Source: Octopus bimaculoides (Eukaryota). Taken from it: a DNA stretch of 64,000 nucleotides. The DNA is taken from NCBI RefSeq assembly GCF_001194135.2, contig NC_068987.1, forward strand, positions 7,041,983 to 7,105,982. The letters are read 5' to 3'. Under the pieces are notes generated by a model, which did not search any database, was not told the origin of the DNA, and saw only the letters and a program-made list of their open reading frames with translations. Made by a program: the position numbers and the translations under genes. Below, one piece after another: positions 50,978 through 63,751 of this stretch; positions within the stretch are counted from its first letter, which is position 1, and each line of letters opens with the position of its first letter.

Positions 50978-51780
50978 CCCCGACCTCATTTTTTTCTACT
51001 TCCAGATACCAGAACCGTTCCTTTCTTCCCTGTAACACCTTTCCTTGCTCTAAATAAAGATTAGAACATAGGAAATCTCTTAACCTGAAACCCCAGGTCG
51101 TTCAAAATCACACAAAGAGGCACTTACAAATGTGCTCGCCGACGATGTAATATCTGCCCTTATATTAACAATACTAGAACCATCACCGTGCTTGAGATAT
51201 AAACAAATTTTACTCGGAACTTCTTTTGAACATAGTCTAACCTTATATACTGCATCATATGCAAACTTTACTGCTGCCTTCCCATCATAGAAATAGAATA
51301 ATGGCTTGCTGATCACTTTCGGGAGCATATTCGAAGCGTACTACTGCGTATGCCTGATCAACCTTTCGCCACTCGCTTCAACGATGCAGGCCCTCACTTC
51401 TCTCACGTATCGGTGTGAGGTATTGCTGCACATTATGGATCTACTTCCTCAAGGAATCGGAGAAAACAATGTTTCATATTCAAACTTGACACCATGTCAC
51501 TAAAAGTTTTAAATTCACATTTTCCCTTGTACTCCTACATCTCTTAACTCCTTAAACTCCAACTCCTCTCTCTCCTCATCCTTTCCCTTCATCTTATTCT
51601 CGACTCTACTTGCTTCTTGCTTTTCACCTTAGAGGATGTAAAACTCTGCTGTGTCTCATTAATTTCTCTCCTTTCATCTCTTCCCCTCAAGAAGGAATGC
51701 GTCCAAATCACGGGGTTTTCGACTCCTCGCGGCAAATTTCCTGTAGTCATTTTATCGATTTTACTACAGAACAAATCTCG
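50978..51780 (+). mobile_element. Penelope-like element 3' remnant: GIY-YIG endonuclease pseudogene plus pyrimidine-rich pLTR-like region
   Basis: 51119-51523 translates, with stops, to GTYKCARRRCNICPYINNT...SNLIYCIICK...LADHFREHIRSV...PFATRFN...KQCFIFKLDTMSLKVLNSHF, the Cys-rich/GIY-YIG pattern of Penelope-like elements. Confidence 0.9.
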
Positions 51781-52407
51781 CCGACCCAGAACAACGCAAG
51801 CCTTGTTCAGGTACGTTTGATCTCATATATGTGTGTGTCTGTTTGTTTGTGTGTGTGCGTGTGTGTGTCCGTATCTGTGTCTGTATCTGTGTGTGTGTGT
51901 ATGTATGTGTGTGTATTTCTAGCTATGTATGTTTGTAACTGTGTATGCCTGTATGTATTTATGTGTTGGTAACAGATAAGAAAAATGAGAAATCCATTCT
52001 GGCGAAATGGGTAAGCAATTCTTTTTAATAAAATGTTTGGTAATATTCTGGAATTTGAGATATCATGCTGGCAAAAATACTGCATTTATTCTACCAGCAT
52101 TCAATAAGGCTCTGTTATTGTAGTTGACAAGCATGTTTTACTGAGTGCGATTGGAGGTTGCTTCGATTTCTATGAATATTTTGACGACTATATTCTTTCT
52201 CACAGATTTCTATCCATTTTTTTTGTAGTTAATTAAGCTATAAACGTTATTTTGTGTCATCTATATTTAAATTAATAATTACCTGTTGTGGATCGTCATT
52301 AATATCATAGTGATATTGTTGTTGTGCATCATCGTAATAACTAACAATAGTATATTCTACATGTATATTCTTTCTGTATGTTTCGTATACGTACTTTTTC
52401 TTGACAG

Positions 52408-53270
52408 GTGTTATAAAGATACCAGGAGCTCTTTTACAATGGTTGTATGATTTCTTTTATGCTATATTGCAATCTATTGGGTCAATCTGACTTTTTCAGC
52501 TAATCTAATTAGATTTTCAAATCTGTCTGGTTGTTTTATGTTGGGGATTGTTGCAAGATTCAAAACCGAAAGTGTCTTCTCTAGATGATTGAACGTATAT
52601 ATTTACATGTTTAATTCCAACTAACTCTTCAGTGAATATCATCGGCTTTCATTAATATTCCAAAACAACAACCATCCAACCACTACCAGTTTGTAGTTAC
52701 ACATTGATTCGGTGCTAAATCAGACACGAATAACAATCCTCAAGTTCACGTTGCCGTTCACTCGTACATATTTCTAAACCTCGAAGCACAAAGATACTTT
52801 AATATTTACATTTGCATTACGTTTCAGAATCCTGAATGTCATCTTGTGTTCATTTCGCACACAAACGTTCCACTAGTGCTAGAAATACCAGCTCTTTTTT
52901 AAAATTTATATGCCTGGTACACTAACAAACTTGCACACTCATCTGCATATATATTGTGATGTATGCACACTCCAGAATTTCTCGACTGCCTGCAAATAAT
53001 TGTATTTTTGTTCCAAATAATATCCCAGATGTTGAAATACATATATATTTTCCACACATGCACCTCTTGACCAGCTCGTCATACAAGTTTCTTCCTTTTC
53101 ATCTCATGTGTAACATTTATGTCGATAGAGCGTGATTAACACTCAAATATTTTCACCGAGCGAGTAATGAGAGCTTCTTCATTTTAAATACTTTTTCACG
53201 AATCAACTAACTTCATTGCCAGTCAAAAGCTTCGTTCAACTCTTGTTATTTAAACCTAGACTCTATCCGG
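52408..53270 (+). mobile_element. Highly decayed CR1/L2-type LINE RT remnant
   Basis: Colinear fragments IPGALLQWLYDFF (cf. GI.G.LL.WI..FL), ILNVILCSFRT...FFKIY...YCDVC (cf. L..I.RSF...LY...LEYC..VW) and FTERV...LFKPRL (cf. FF..RV...FK.RLD). Confidence 0.45.
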
Positions 53271-54009
53271 ACGGTTACATGACCAAATATGCAATAATCA
53301 TAACATAGTTTCTCTCATAAGGCATATGGACAAAAACATCGCTAGTTACGTATTTCCGACGGACAACTGCCATAGCTACTTCACTATATTTCTGAATTAC
53401 AAGTGACTAGGAATGATCTAACATGCATTTTCAAAACAATGCAGTAGATCGTACACTGAAGGTAATTTACATTAGCTGTGGAATCAGTTAGCATTTCTCG
53501 GTCATATATAGAATAAACGCTTCATTCTTTTCTCGGCTCTTCGTTCATCTATAGATATTCCCGCCAGTTTATTGACGTGATGTGAACAACCGCTTTATAT
53601 TGTAAAGCATTAAAAAAAATTAAAAAAGTGTTTGCTGTTCAACAGCAGGTGATGTGTGATGAATAGACATAGCACCAGGTGTCTTCTGATATAACCGGTG
53701 TTCAATATTCCATCATTTTATATAGCATTAATTGAGGATTATTTCTTCTTTTCATTCGTTTAATTTCGTCTTATATATATATATATATAATACAAAGAAT
53801 ATATATACATGTATACGCACCTATATGTACATACTTACGTCTACATGTGTATATATATGCATATCTGTGTACAGGACGTTAGAACAATGAACTACAGACA
53901 ACGGAACGAACACATTGGAAAACGGAAAGCCACTTGGAATATTCCTTCATCAGCTGTCTCTATTCTGTATTTACGTATGTATGTATGTATGTATGGATAC
54001 ACACACATA

Positions 54010-54130
54010 GGCGCAGGTTTGGCTGCGTGGTAAGAAGCTTGCTTTCCAATCACATGGTTCCAGGTTCAGTCCCACTGCATGTGACCTTGAGCAAGTGTTT
54101 TCTGCTATAGACTCGAGTCGACCAAAGGCT
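54010..54130 (+). mobile_element. SINE family A, 5' fragment
   Basis: GGCGCAGGTTTGGCTGCGTGGTAAGAAGCTTGC...GGTTCAGTCCCACTGC...CCTTGAGCAAGTG. Confidence 0.85.
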
Positions 54131-54159
54131 TAATAATCATAATACAGTTTCTCTCATAA

Positions 54160-54373
54160 GACGGCGAGCTGCCAGAAACGTTAACACGCCGCGCGAAATG
54201 CTTAGCGGTATTTCGCTTGTCTTCATGTTCTGAGTTCAAATCCCACCGAGGTCGACTTTGCTTTTCATCCTTTCGGGGTCGATAAATTAAGTACCAGCTT
54301 CGTACTGCGGTCGATCTAATCGACTGGCTCTCACCCCCAAAATTTCTGGCCTTGTGCCTAGAATAGAAAAGAA
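54160..54373 (+). mobile_element. SINE family B, full-length
   Basis: GGCGAGCTGCCAGAAACGTTAACACGCC head, TGAGTTCAAATCCC B-box, TTTCATCCTTTCGGGGTCGATAAATTAAGTACCAG Meta-like core, GGCCTTGTGCCTAGAATAGAAAAGAA tail. Confidence 0.92.
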
Positions 54374-54977
54374 TATAAAAAAAAGAAGGTTATTTTTAGA
54401 ACTTTATGAATAAAAGTAAGAAAGTATTCATAATTTTATTAAAATATGTTACCTGTTTCAATCGCTGAAAAGGTACGATTATATACATTTATATATATAC
54501 ATACATACATACATACATACATACAAACACGCATATATACGCACACACACACACAGACAAACACACATATATACACACATAGCAAAATCAATAGTCATTT
54601 CGAGAATGACACAGATCTCATTATTAAGCTCTCCACCAATTGCATGGTTGCATGGCTAACAGGAATGACTATGGTAGAGGTTCACGTAAAATCCGAGAGA
54701 TACAATGGTGAAGAGAATGTATATTAGATACAACAGATAAGAGAAGTGACGTGAGAGAGCAGATGTTTTTTTCATTCGTTTATAGTTGTTTCAAAGTTTG
54801 TTGCTTATATAACAGATGTTGTAGCGATAGCAACACTCATAAAAGACGACCGTCTGCGAATGGAATAAACATTTACGCTCTCACCTCACTTCTCATACAC
54901 GCGCACGCACACACATTCACTCACACATACACATACACACACACGCGTGTGTGTGTGTGTGTGTGTGTGTAAAAACA

Positions 54978-55216
54978 GGATCAAAGGTCGGCCCCGAACC
55001 ATATGCTCATAAAACCGGTCTCCTGGATTCTATGGTTTATATATTCCCAACTTTGAAGGGAAGCCATTCCATCGCAGACCTACTTATTAAGTGGACAGGA
55101 GCAATGTGGACTTTTGTCGTTTGGTCAAGAACACAATGCATCACTTGGTCGAGGAATCGAAACCACAATCCGGTGATCACAACCGCAACACTCTAGCCGC
55201 TAAGTAACGCACCCCC
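54978..55216 (-). mobile_element. SINE family C (third tRNA-headed family)
   Basis: Minus strand GGGGTGCGTTACTTAGCGGCTAGAGTGTT...GTGGTTTCGATTCCT (A/B boxes), then TTGTGTTCTTGA.CAAA...CATTGCTCC.GTCCAC core. Confidence 0.7.
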
Positions 55217-55459
55217 AGAAACTTATATATGCCGTGCATATATTTATTGAAAGCAGTGCTTTGACTTTGTCAATGCTTCTATTTTGCCGCTTGTATGGTT
55301 TTTTCTTTTTCTTGTATTTTTTAATATTTTATTCAACTGAAAACGTAGTGGCCATGACTCTTTACAAAGTAGCTTGCTGGAGTCGGTATTCACTCGGGGT
55401 GGGTTGAGCATACATTCCCTGATCACATGCATACGCACTTTGTGAAAGTGTGAACCGTA

Positions 55460-55785
55460 GAAGCTTATCTTGCCGTCGCTTGTTGACCGTCGCCGGCGAT
55501 TTGCCGACCATTTTATTGCCAATTATCGAAAGAGACTTCGCCTGGGTTCGACGCAGATTGAGCGATATACTTTAACAAAAGCTAAGGGATGCCTCACTCC
55601 CAGTGGTTTTCCAGTATGCCGGACACCAAACCGGAATTCCCGAGGGTCCGTACCATTGCTAGATCCGTCCTTTCGTCTTGTCTATAGTATAGTCTATAGT
55701 CCTACTGGTTTCCTAGTAACCCTCCTCCTCGTGAGACAAGCATGGTGGGGAAGACGATTTAGACGACGACGACGACGACGACGCC
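55460..55785. mobile_element. Unclassified GC-richer repeat remnant ending in (GAC)n
   Basis: GC content above background and a GCATGG...GACGACGACG end typical of RTE-related tails; orientation and family not resolved. Confidence 0.3.
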
Positions 55786-56772
55786 ATAATGCACCAGGTT
55801 CTACTGGGTTCCATGTTACCAGTAGCACTCACGAGAGACTTCACAAAACAGTTGTGAAGGATAGTTGAAGATATCCTCTAACTCAAAACCTACACGTAAT
55901 GCTTGTACCGAGATTCCAGACGGTATTGTGGAACCAGGTGACGTATTAGTTAATTGCCTCAGAAGCCTTGGTCGCGACATTAAACCAGAATGCAAAGGGC
56001 CTGGAACAGATAGCTTAATGCTTCAACGTGCTTACTCTTTTGTTAATACATCGCCTTGTTAATCCTGGATTATAATGTTTCTTTTAGCTCGAAAGAATGA
56101 AAGCAAAACGAAAGAAAATGCAAAGTTGTAGACGGTGGGATTTGAAATCGGTGCGGAAAGAGTATCAGAAAAATACGTTAAGCTGTAAATACTAACACAA
56201 ATTTATTCAAGCAAAACGTTGAACTCATGAATAAGTTGTTTTGTAAAGAAAGACGAGATGAGAACGCAGAAAGAAATAAAAGAAACGGTGTTGCATGATT
56301 GATGGTTGACATTGTGAAAACCCAAAAATGTCGAAATATTCGGTTTTATTGAATGCATCTCGTTTTTCCAGTGTGTTAATGCTTTGTTTTCATTAGACAC
56401 ACATCTAAACACGTATCTTAACTTTCACACACATGAACACACTCGTATAGGTGTATGTATGTATGTGAGTTTTTATGAAAGCATATGTGTACGGAGTGTG
56501 CGTGTTCTCTTTTCTGTGTTTATATATACTTCCTATGCAAGGGCACAGACATTGTTTCAATCCTTTAGTTAATGAATGCGCATCGACAACGAGACGGGGG
56601 CCACATATGGAAACAAAATATTATTTGGATGTTGCATGGTCGGCAGGAGACATTGATAAAACTCAGTTGAGGTCATAAAATGTACTTTTAGTGAATAAAG
56701 CTGGTTTTTGCCAGTTTGTTTTTGTTTATCGTTGCTTTTGATATACATACATATGTAGACACACACACAGAC

Positions 56773-56810
<38 letters not shown>

Positions 56811-56913
56811 ACACACACACACACACGCACACATACACACACACGCACACATGCTTTGAATTGATTCATCGGTTCAATTAGAATACATTTAGTCAATTAA
56901 TATATACATCAAG

Positions 56914-57321
56914 AAGGCAGCGAGCTGGTAGAAACGTTAGCATGCCCGGCGAAATGCTTAGCGGTATTTCGTCTGCCGTTACGTTCTGAGTTCGAATTCC
57001 TCCGAGGTCGACTTTGCCTATCATCCTTTCGGGGTCGATAAATTAAGTACCAGTTACGCACTGGCGTCGATGTAATCGACTTAATCCCTTTGTCTGTACT
57101 TGTTTATCCCCTCTATGTTTAGCCCCTTGTGGCCAATAAAGAAATAAGAAACGTTAGCGCGCCGGGAAAAATGCTTAGCGGTATTTCGTCTGTCCTTACG
57201 TTCTGAGTTCAAATTCCACCGAGGGGTCGATAAATTAAGCAGCAGTTGTGTACTGGGGTGGATCTAATCAAATGACCCTCTCCGGCAAAATTTCGAGCTT
57301 TACACCAAGAGAAGAAAAGAA
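56914..57321 (+). mobile_element. SINE family B head-to-tail dimer (full copy 56914-57146 with variant tail, then 5'-truncated copy 57147-57321)
   Basis: Two consecutive GAAACGTTAGC...AAATGCTTAGCGGTATTTCGTCTG...GGGGTCGATAAATTAAG units. Confidence 0.92.
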
Positions 57322-57962
57322 TATATGCATACACACATAAACACACACACACACACACACACATTCACATATATATATTGTATATATATGGGGAGTATTA
57401 ATATATTTGTATGTTTGAGTGTCTGTGCGCGGCATGTGTGTATATATGTAAGTTACTTCATGCCTCTGCTTGCAACTGTTTGTTGTATACGTGCACATAG
57501 AATGTGTTAGTTCTTTAGTTAATGAATGCGCATCACCAATATGATGGAAATAGAGATCGAGCGAAAGAGCTGCATTATTGGCGGGACATATTGATGAAAT
57601 TCTGACCGTATCAGCAAATGTACTTTTAGAAATCAATCAGATTTTTTCGATTGTTTTGCTTTTTTTATCGTAGACTATTCATTTACGGAAACATAGCTTA
57701 TAACTTTTGCTAAAATCTCATAGAATTGCCTTTTGGAAATTTAATTAAATTTTAGCAATCTTAATATCAAATATTCAAAGGCTACGATATTCATTACTTA
57801 CGGATATTTCTCTTACTTTCTATGTGCAAATTAAATTACTCTCGTAAAAAGAAAAATAATTATAAATAAGCATAATGAATATAAATATGAATAATAAATA
57901 TGATAAATATAATAAATATGAATATAAAATTTGAAGCAAACTAAAAAACAAACATCTCAAAG

Positions 57963-58660
57963 TATTATCCTGAGTAAAAAGTTTTGCAGTATTTTGGCAA
58001 CTTATTTGTTCTATTCTCTAAGCCACAACGAAAGCAGCGAAGCATTGAAAGTAGAGGCCATAGTGTTGCACCATCTGAAGCTGTCTTTCTGTAAGGTCTT
58101 TGATCCCTCGTTGATACCAGTTCTTGTCTTCCGAGGTAAAGAACTCCCTCACTGAAGTTTCCTCCTTCCTCTTGGTTGATGAAACATCGCGAGATGAGGA
58201 AATATTCTGTGGATTGGGACAGGTAATAATCCAAGGGAGCTAGATCTGGGCAATATGCTGTGTGTGGAATCAGTTCGAATCCCTTAAGTGCCTGGAGTTT
58301 AATCCGAATCCTTCGGTCTTAATTTCTTGCTGCCGTGAAAATTGCTTTCTCTTAACCAATGCCTGGTATTTTTGCTGCAAATTGGCATACATCCATTCCA
58401 GATGTTTGGAGTACGGGTTGGCATCGATAGTTCGACCGTCCTGAACGAACTCGTAGTGAATTGACCCTTCATAATTCCACCAGTCGCAGAGCATTGCCTT
58501 GTGTTTGAAATACCTTTCTCCCATGTTTGGTGACAGGTTCCGGGAGCTGGCCCCTGCTTAACCACTGCCCTATGCTCGTTCGGTGTGCAGCAAAATATCT
58601 CTCTCGGATCATTATTTGCACTCATTTTAGGATGTTTCTTGACGATCGTAATTCGCTTCG
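57963..58660 (-). mobile_element. Mariner transposase remnant (catalytic and C-terminal part) with putative right TIR at 57965-57995
   Basis: KAMLCDWWNYEGSIHYEF (WW motif), AYCPDLAPLDYYL (YSPDLAPSDYHL motif) and EFFTSEDKNWYQRGIKDL...HYGLYF; TA followed by TTATCCTGAGTAAAAAGTTTTGCAGTATTTT resembles mariner TIRs. Confidence 0.92.
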
Positions 58661-58727
58661 TTGTTAATACCATTTTTACTTGGTAAAGTGTAGAGATTTA
58701 ATTTTGGAGGAATCAATATTTGAAAGC

Positions 58728-58831
58728 GAAGGCGTTGAGCTAACAGAATCATTAGCACACTGGACAAAATGGTTTGGGACATTTCTTCCGACAATTTACG
58801 TTCTAAGTTCAAATCCCAATGAATGGGATTT
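58728..58831 (+). mobile_element. SINE family B, 5' fragment
   Basis: AAGGCGTTGAGCTAACAGAATCATTAGCACACTGGACAAAATG...TACGTTCTAAGTTCAAATCCC. Confidence 0.75.
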
Positions 58832-59915
58832 TACACACACATGGACACTGAGCAAGAAATTTGAAAAGAAGCTCCAAGGTACACACACGAGAATGCTTTG
58901 TGTAGTTCTCAATTTTTCTTGACTGCAACACCCTCAAAGCAGCGATTGTGGAGCGCTCTTCTTATCATTACCTCAGTAAGCAAAAGAATAAGATGCAGGG
59001 AACTGCAATGAAACAACCAGTGATCCCCTTTCTCTGGAAACTCACCCATGAACATACAAAGAACGTGACATACCAGAAAGTGTATATGTCATTAAACATT
59101 GGATATCAGGCTGAGGATACGAAAACTTCAATAAAAGATGGGGAAATCTGGTGAGGAACGGTTGCATTGATCCGGGCAAGTTGCACAAACGGACAGGAGG
59201 GACATATGCACTAATTTATTAATTATGTGTCTTTCGACAAATTTCTAGCGTCCAGTTAATTACTCTGCCTATATCTAACTATTTAATTTGCTCTCCGTTT
59301 ATTTCTTCTGTTACATTCTAATTTCCCGGTTGTTTCTGCTCGTAATGTTATTTATTTCTCACCATCTTCTCTTACTCTACACCCGCTCTCATATCCCTTA
59401 ACAACAATTAAAGATTTATCTCCGTATGAGCATTAAGCAACTGAAATTCATTCAATTAGAAAATGGAGTTGCTAAATTCGACCATTCATAGATAAACAAA
59501 TACGCAATCAGCAACAGTATTCAATATCAATTAACCTGGTCACTAATTGGTCTGACATGACGTTGCTTCGAAACAATAAATAATCTGTATTTCTTTGCAG
59601 CTTTACAAAGCTTTTACTGAATAACCCAACTGCGGTCAGCTGATAATAAAGTCACTTTCCAGATGTTGTTTAAATATCGTGTGGCAGTTCTCTAATATGA
59701 AGCTACTAATTATAGAATCTTAATGTCAGGATCATTTACGTGATTGAAATATAATAAATCCTATAAAGGTATATTTATAAGGCAATTCGCGTCTTATGAG
59801 AGATTTTCAAGATTGAAATACGTCTACGTGTTATTTATCATTCCAATAACTGTTAAAGCGAAATTATGTTACTCACACAGACACACAAACATAGACACAC
59901 AGACACACACACACA

Positions 59916-59971
<56 letters not shown>

Positions 59972-61812
59972 NNNNNNNNNNNNNNNNNNNNNNNNNNNNN
60001 NNNNNNNNNNNNNNNNNNNNNNNNNNNNNNNNNNNNNNNNNNNNNNNNNNNNNNNNNNNNNNNNNNNNNNNNNNNNNNNNNNNNNNNNNNNNNNNNNNNN
60101 NNNNNNNNNNNNNNNNNNNNNNNNNNNNNNNNNNNNNNNNNNNNNNNNNNNNNNNNNNNNNNNNNNNNNNNNNNNNNNNNNNNNNNNNNNNNNNNNNNNN
60201 NNNNNNNNNNNNNNNNNNNNNNNNNNNNNNNNNNNNNNNNNNNNNNNNNNNNNNNNNNNNNNNNNNNNNNNNNNNNNNNNNNNNNNNNNNNNNNNTATAT
60301 ATATATATATATATATATGCAACCATATGAAGTATTGTATATACACATGTATACACAGGTATTTATGCCTGTGTATATAAATGTGTAACCCTATCTATAT
60401 GCCTAAATGTGTTAAAGGAGGCCTGAATATTTGTATATATGTTGGTATAACTAACCGTAGAAGTACTCAAAAGAAACGAAGGGCAGCAGCCAATTCTTTC
60501 TGTTTCGATTTGCTCTGATGTGTAAGTAGAATTACTATTCCCAAGTTACTAAAATTTTTTTCTGAAGAATCATTATCACACTAAAGGTTAAGAAATAAAT
60601 GCTGCAAAGTATTTGGCAATTTTAAACAACCACATGGTTGTACTGAATACTGTGCAAGAATATACTTTCAGAAATTGTTTTTGCTTTCGTTTTCCTACAT
60701 GTTCGATCTTTCACTATCGATGAGTCACTTTGCTAAATTTACTCCGCAGTCAACACTTACATATGATTGAAGATACTTTACAGAGTTTTTCAGCTACAAT
60801 TTTCTAGTCTTGAGTTGATCGAGTCGTAGGGAAAAGTGACAACAATGGTAACATATTAACAATATGACTATTAACTGTAAGCTTATCTGTGGTAGTGTAT
60901 CGCTCATCTGAAGGTTTTCTTTGGTGCCAATTTTAATATCATGGCGACAGTATGCATAAAACGTATGAGCTTTTTATTTTCTGCTTTTAGCAATAAATCT
61001 AAATTCTTTAACCCATTCACGGTGAAATATAGTTTTATCTTCGGCAGGTTTTAGAGACTTGAATCCGGAACATAAAAATCAACTGTTCTCTGATGCGGAT
61101 TTGGATAGATTCCATTCTTATGTGCTTCGATTAGGCAATGTAATTTGTACACCATAAGAATGCAGCAAGTTGCCTGTAGAAATAAAAAATATTGTATAGC
61201 ATGTCATTATGATATAAATTAACAGATATGAAACTGTAGAAAATTAGGTTGTCATATAGCAACGATAATAAATTACAGATAATTTTTTTTTTATTCTTTT
61301 CTATTTTACGGAAGTTCAATTCGCAGGATTGTAATTCAGTTGTAGTTAAACAGTGCATGTTTGAAGACAGTAAAACAAGCCTACAATATAATAATTTCCA
61401 GTTTACACTATCAGATAAAGTAAAGATTGCACATATGTATAATTGAACATGTGCATACATATGTTCATGTTTTCCAAGGCTAGTTAATTAACTTGTTTTG
61501 TAGAAAGTGCTAATATAATTGACCTGTCGTAAAGAGCGAAAAACAGATAACGTACATGTTTTTAGTAGAAGCTAAATGATTATCTTAATTCATTGCATGA
61601 TTTGAAACAACCGGTTCAGTTCAGTGTTGCTTTCTCGGTGAGTCTGGAACTGAAAGCCAAATAAAGCTATGACACTGGAATGGCAGTAAAGATGGCTGCC
61701 ATTCCATAATTGCTGAAAATGAAACTCGTGAGTAGAAATCGTTATGAAAACATTTCACCTAACTGAAAATTAATGTAAAATTGTTTTTATCCTATTTTGA
61801 TGATATTTCATG

Positions 61813-61999
61813 AAAGGCGGCTAGCTGGCAAAATAGGTAGATCATCGGGCAATATTCTTAGTGATATTTCTTCGGAATCTTTTCGTTCCCACTCCAGCTT
61901 TCCTGGCCAACAAAATAAGTACCAGTTGAGCACTGGGGTCGATGCGCTCCATTTTCCACTCACCGAAAAATTTCTGGCGTTGTGCAAAAATTAGAAAGA
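61813..61999 (+). mobile_element. SINE family B, internally deleted and degenerate
   Basis: AAGGCGGCTAGCTGGCAAAA head and AAATAAGTACCAGTTGAGCACTGGGGTCGATG...AAATTTCTGGCGTTGTGC tail. Confidence 0.75.
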
Positions 62000-63585
62000 T
62001 TTGTTAGATATATATAAAGGCAGCAAAATTCTGCAGGTTCTCCAAAAGAGGACAAGTTAACTACCGCGCGGCGAGCAGAGTACTCAAAATCCGGAGACCT
62101 GGCTCCATCTTTTTAATTAACTCTCATTATCATTATCTTCTATCTCATTATCGTCATCATTTGCCACAAAGGAACTTGAGTCATTCTCTTAAATTTCATC
62201 CCAATACTATATTAAACTTCAGAATGGTTACAGCTAAGAATATCGAAGAATCTATGGAAACACAACTTTCCAAATCCGAATGAAGATACACGCAGAGATG
62301 TAATAAAACTTCGAAAGCCTGCTGCTGGTAACATTTCAAGTACCCAGATACCTACTCGTGTGACCAACAAACACTTACTGTACCGAGAATTAGGGACATT
62401 TTCTTACACAAAATGAAGTCTAAAGACGTGTGTCCTTACCATGACATACGAATCACTTATCAACCTTGTCTTAACATGACTCACATATTCGTATGTTATT
62501 GTTATGTTAGACGTCTGAGTCTGATCCGAAATGATATCTAAAAAACATTGATAAATAATAAAATTTGCATGTATATTTATGTACATGGAAAAGTATGTAT
62601 GCATGCATATATAAATATATATTTATATACGAGTACAGTAACACACATACACAGATACATACATGCAGAGACGCAGACACTGACAAAAATATATAAATAT
62701 AGATGCAAATACGAATATATATATATATATATATANNNNNNNNNNNNNNNNNNNNNNNNNNNNNNNNNNNNNNNNNNNNNNNNNNNNNNNNNNNNNNNNN
62801 NNNNNNNNNNNNNNNNNNNNNNNNNNNNNNNNNNNNNNNNNNNNNNNNNNNNNNNNNNNNNNNNNNNNNNNNNNNNNNNNNNNNNNNNNNNNNNNNNNNN
62901 NNNNNNNNNNNNNNNNNNNNNNNNNNNNNNNNNNNNNNNNNNNNNNNNNNNNNNNNNNNNNNNNNNNNNNNNNNNNNNNNNNNNNNNNNNNNNNNNNNNN
63001 NNNNNNNNNNNNNNNNNNNNNNNNNNNNNNNNNNNNNNNNNNNNNNNNNNNNNNNNNNNNNNNNNNNNNNNNNNNNNNNNNNNNNNNNNNNNNNNNNNNN
63101 NNNNNNNNNNNNNNNNNNNNNNNNNNNNNNNNNNNNNNNNNNNNNNNNNNNNNNNNNNNNNNNNNNNNNNNNNNNNNNNNNNNNNNNNNNNNNNNNNNNN
63201 NNNNNNNNNNNNNNNNNNNNNNNNNNNNNNNNNNNNNNNNNNNNNNNNNNNNNNNNNNNNNNNNNNNNNNNNNNNNNNNNNNNNNNNNNNNNNNNNNNNN
63301 NNNNNNNNNNNNNNNNNNNNNNNNNNNNNNNNNNNNNNNNNNNNNNNNNNNNNNNNNNNNNNNNNNNNNNNNNNNNNNNNNNNNNNNNNNNNNNNNNNNN
63401 NNNNNNNNNNNNNNNNNNNNNNNNNNNNNNNNNNNNNNNNNNNNNNNNNNNNNNNNNNNNNNNNNNNNNNNNNNNNNNNNNNNNNNNNNNNNNNNNNNNN
63501 NNNNNNNNNNNNNNNNNNNNNNNNNNNNNNNNNTATATATATATATATATACACACACACATATTTATATATGCATGTATGTATG

Positions 63586-63626
<41 letters not shown>

Positions 63627-63751
63627 AACAATCAGTAATATGTACGAAGAAAATCATATTTTTATTTTAGATGACACCTTACAAATCCAACAATTGTTTC
63701 AATTGCATTGACATATACGTACATACATACAAACATACATAGTGCCACAGT

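Noticed and set aside
52408-52490. Apparent terminal exon GVIKIPGALLQWLYDFFYAILQSIGSI* behind a strong acceptor
   Set aside because: The peptide matches the GI.G.LL.WI..FL segment of CR1/L2 reverse transcriptases and is colinear with further RT remnants downstream.
55470-55868. 132-aa Arg-rich ORF
   Set aside because: The poly-R derives from a (GAC)n tract in a repeat remnant; no domain or splice support.
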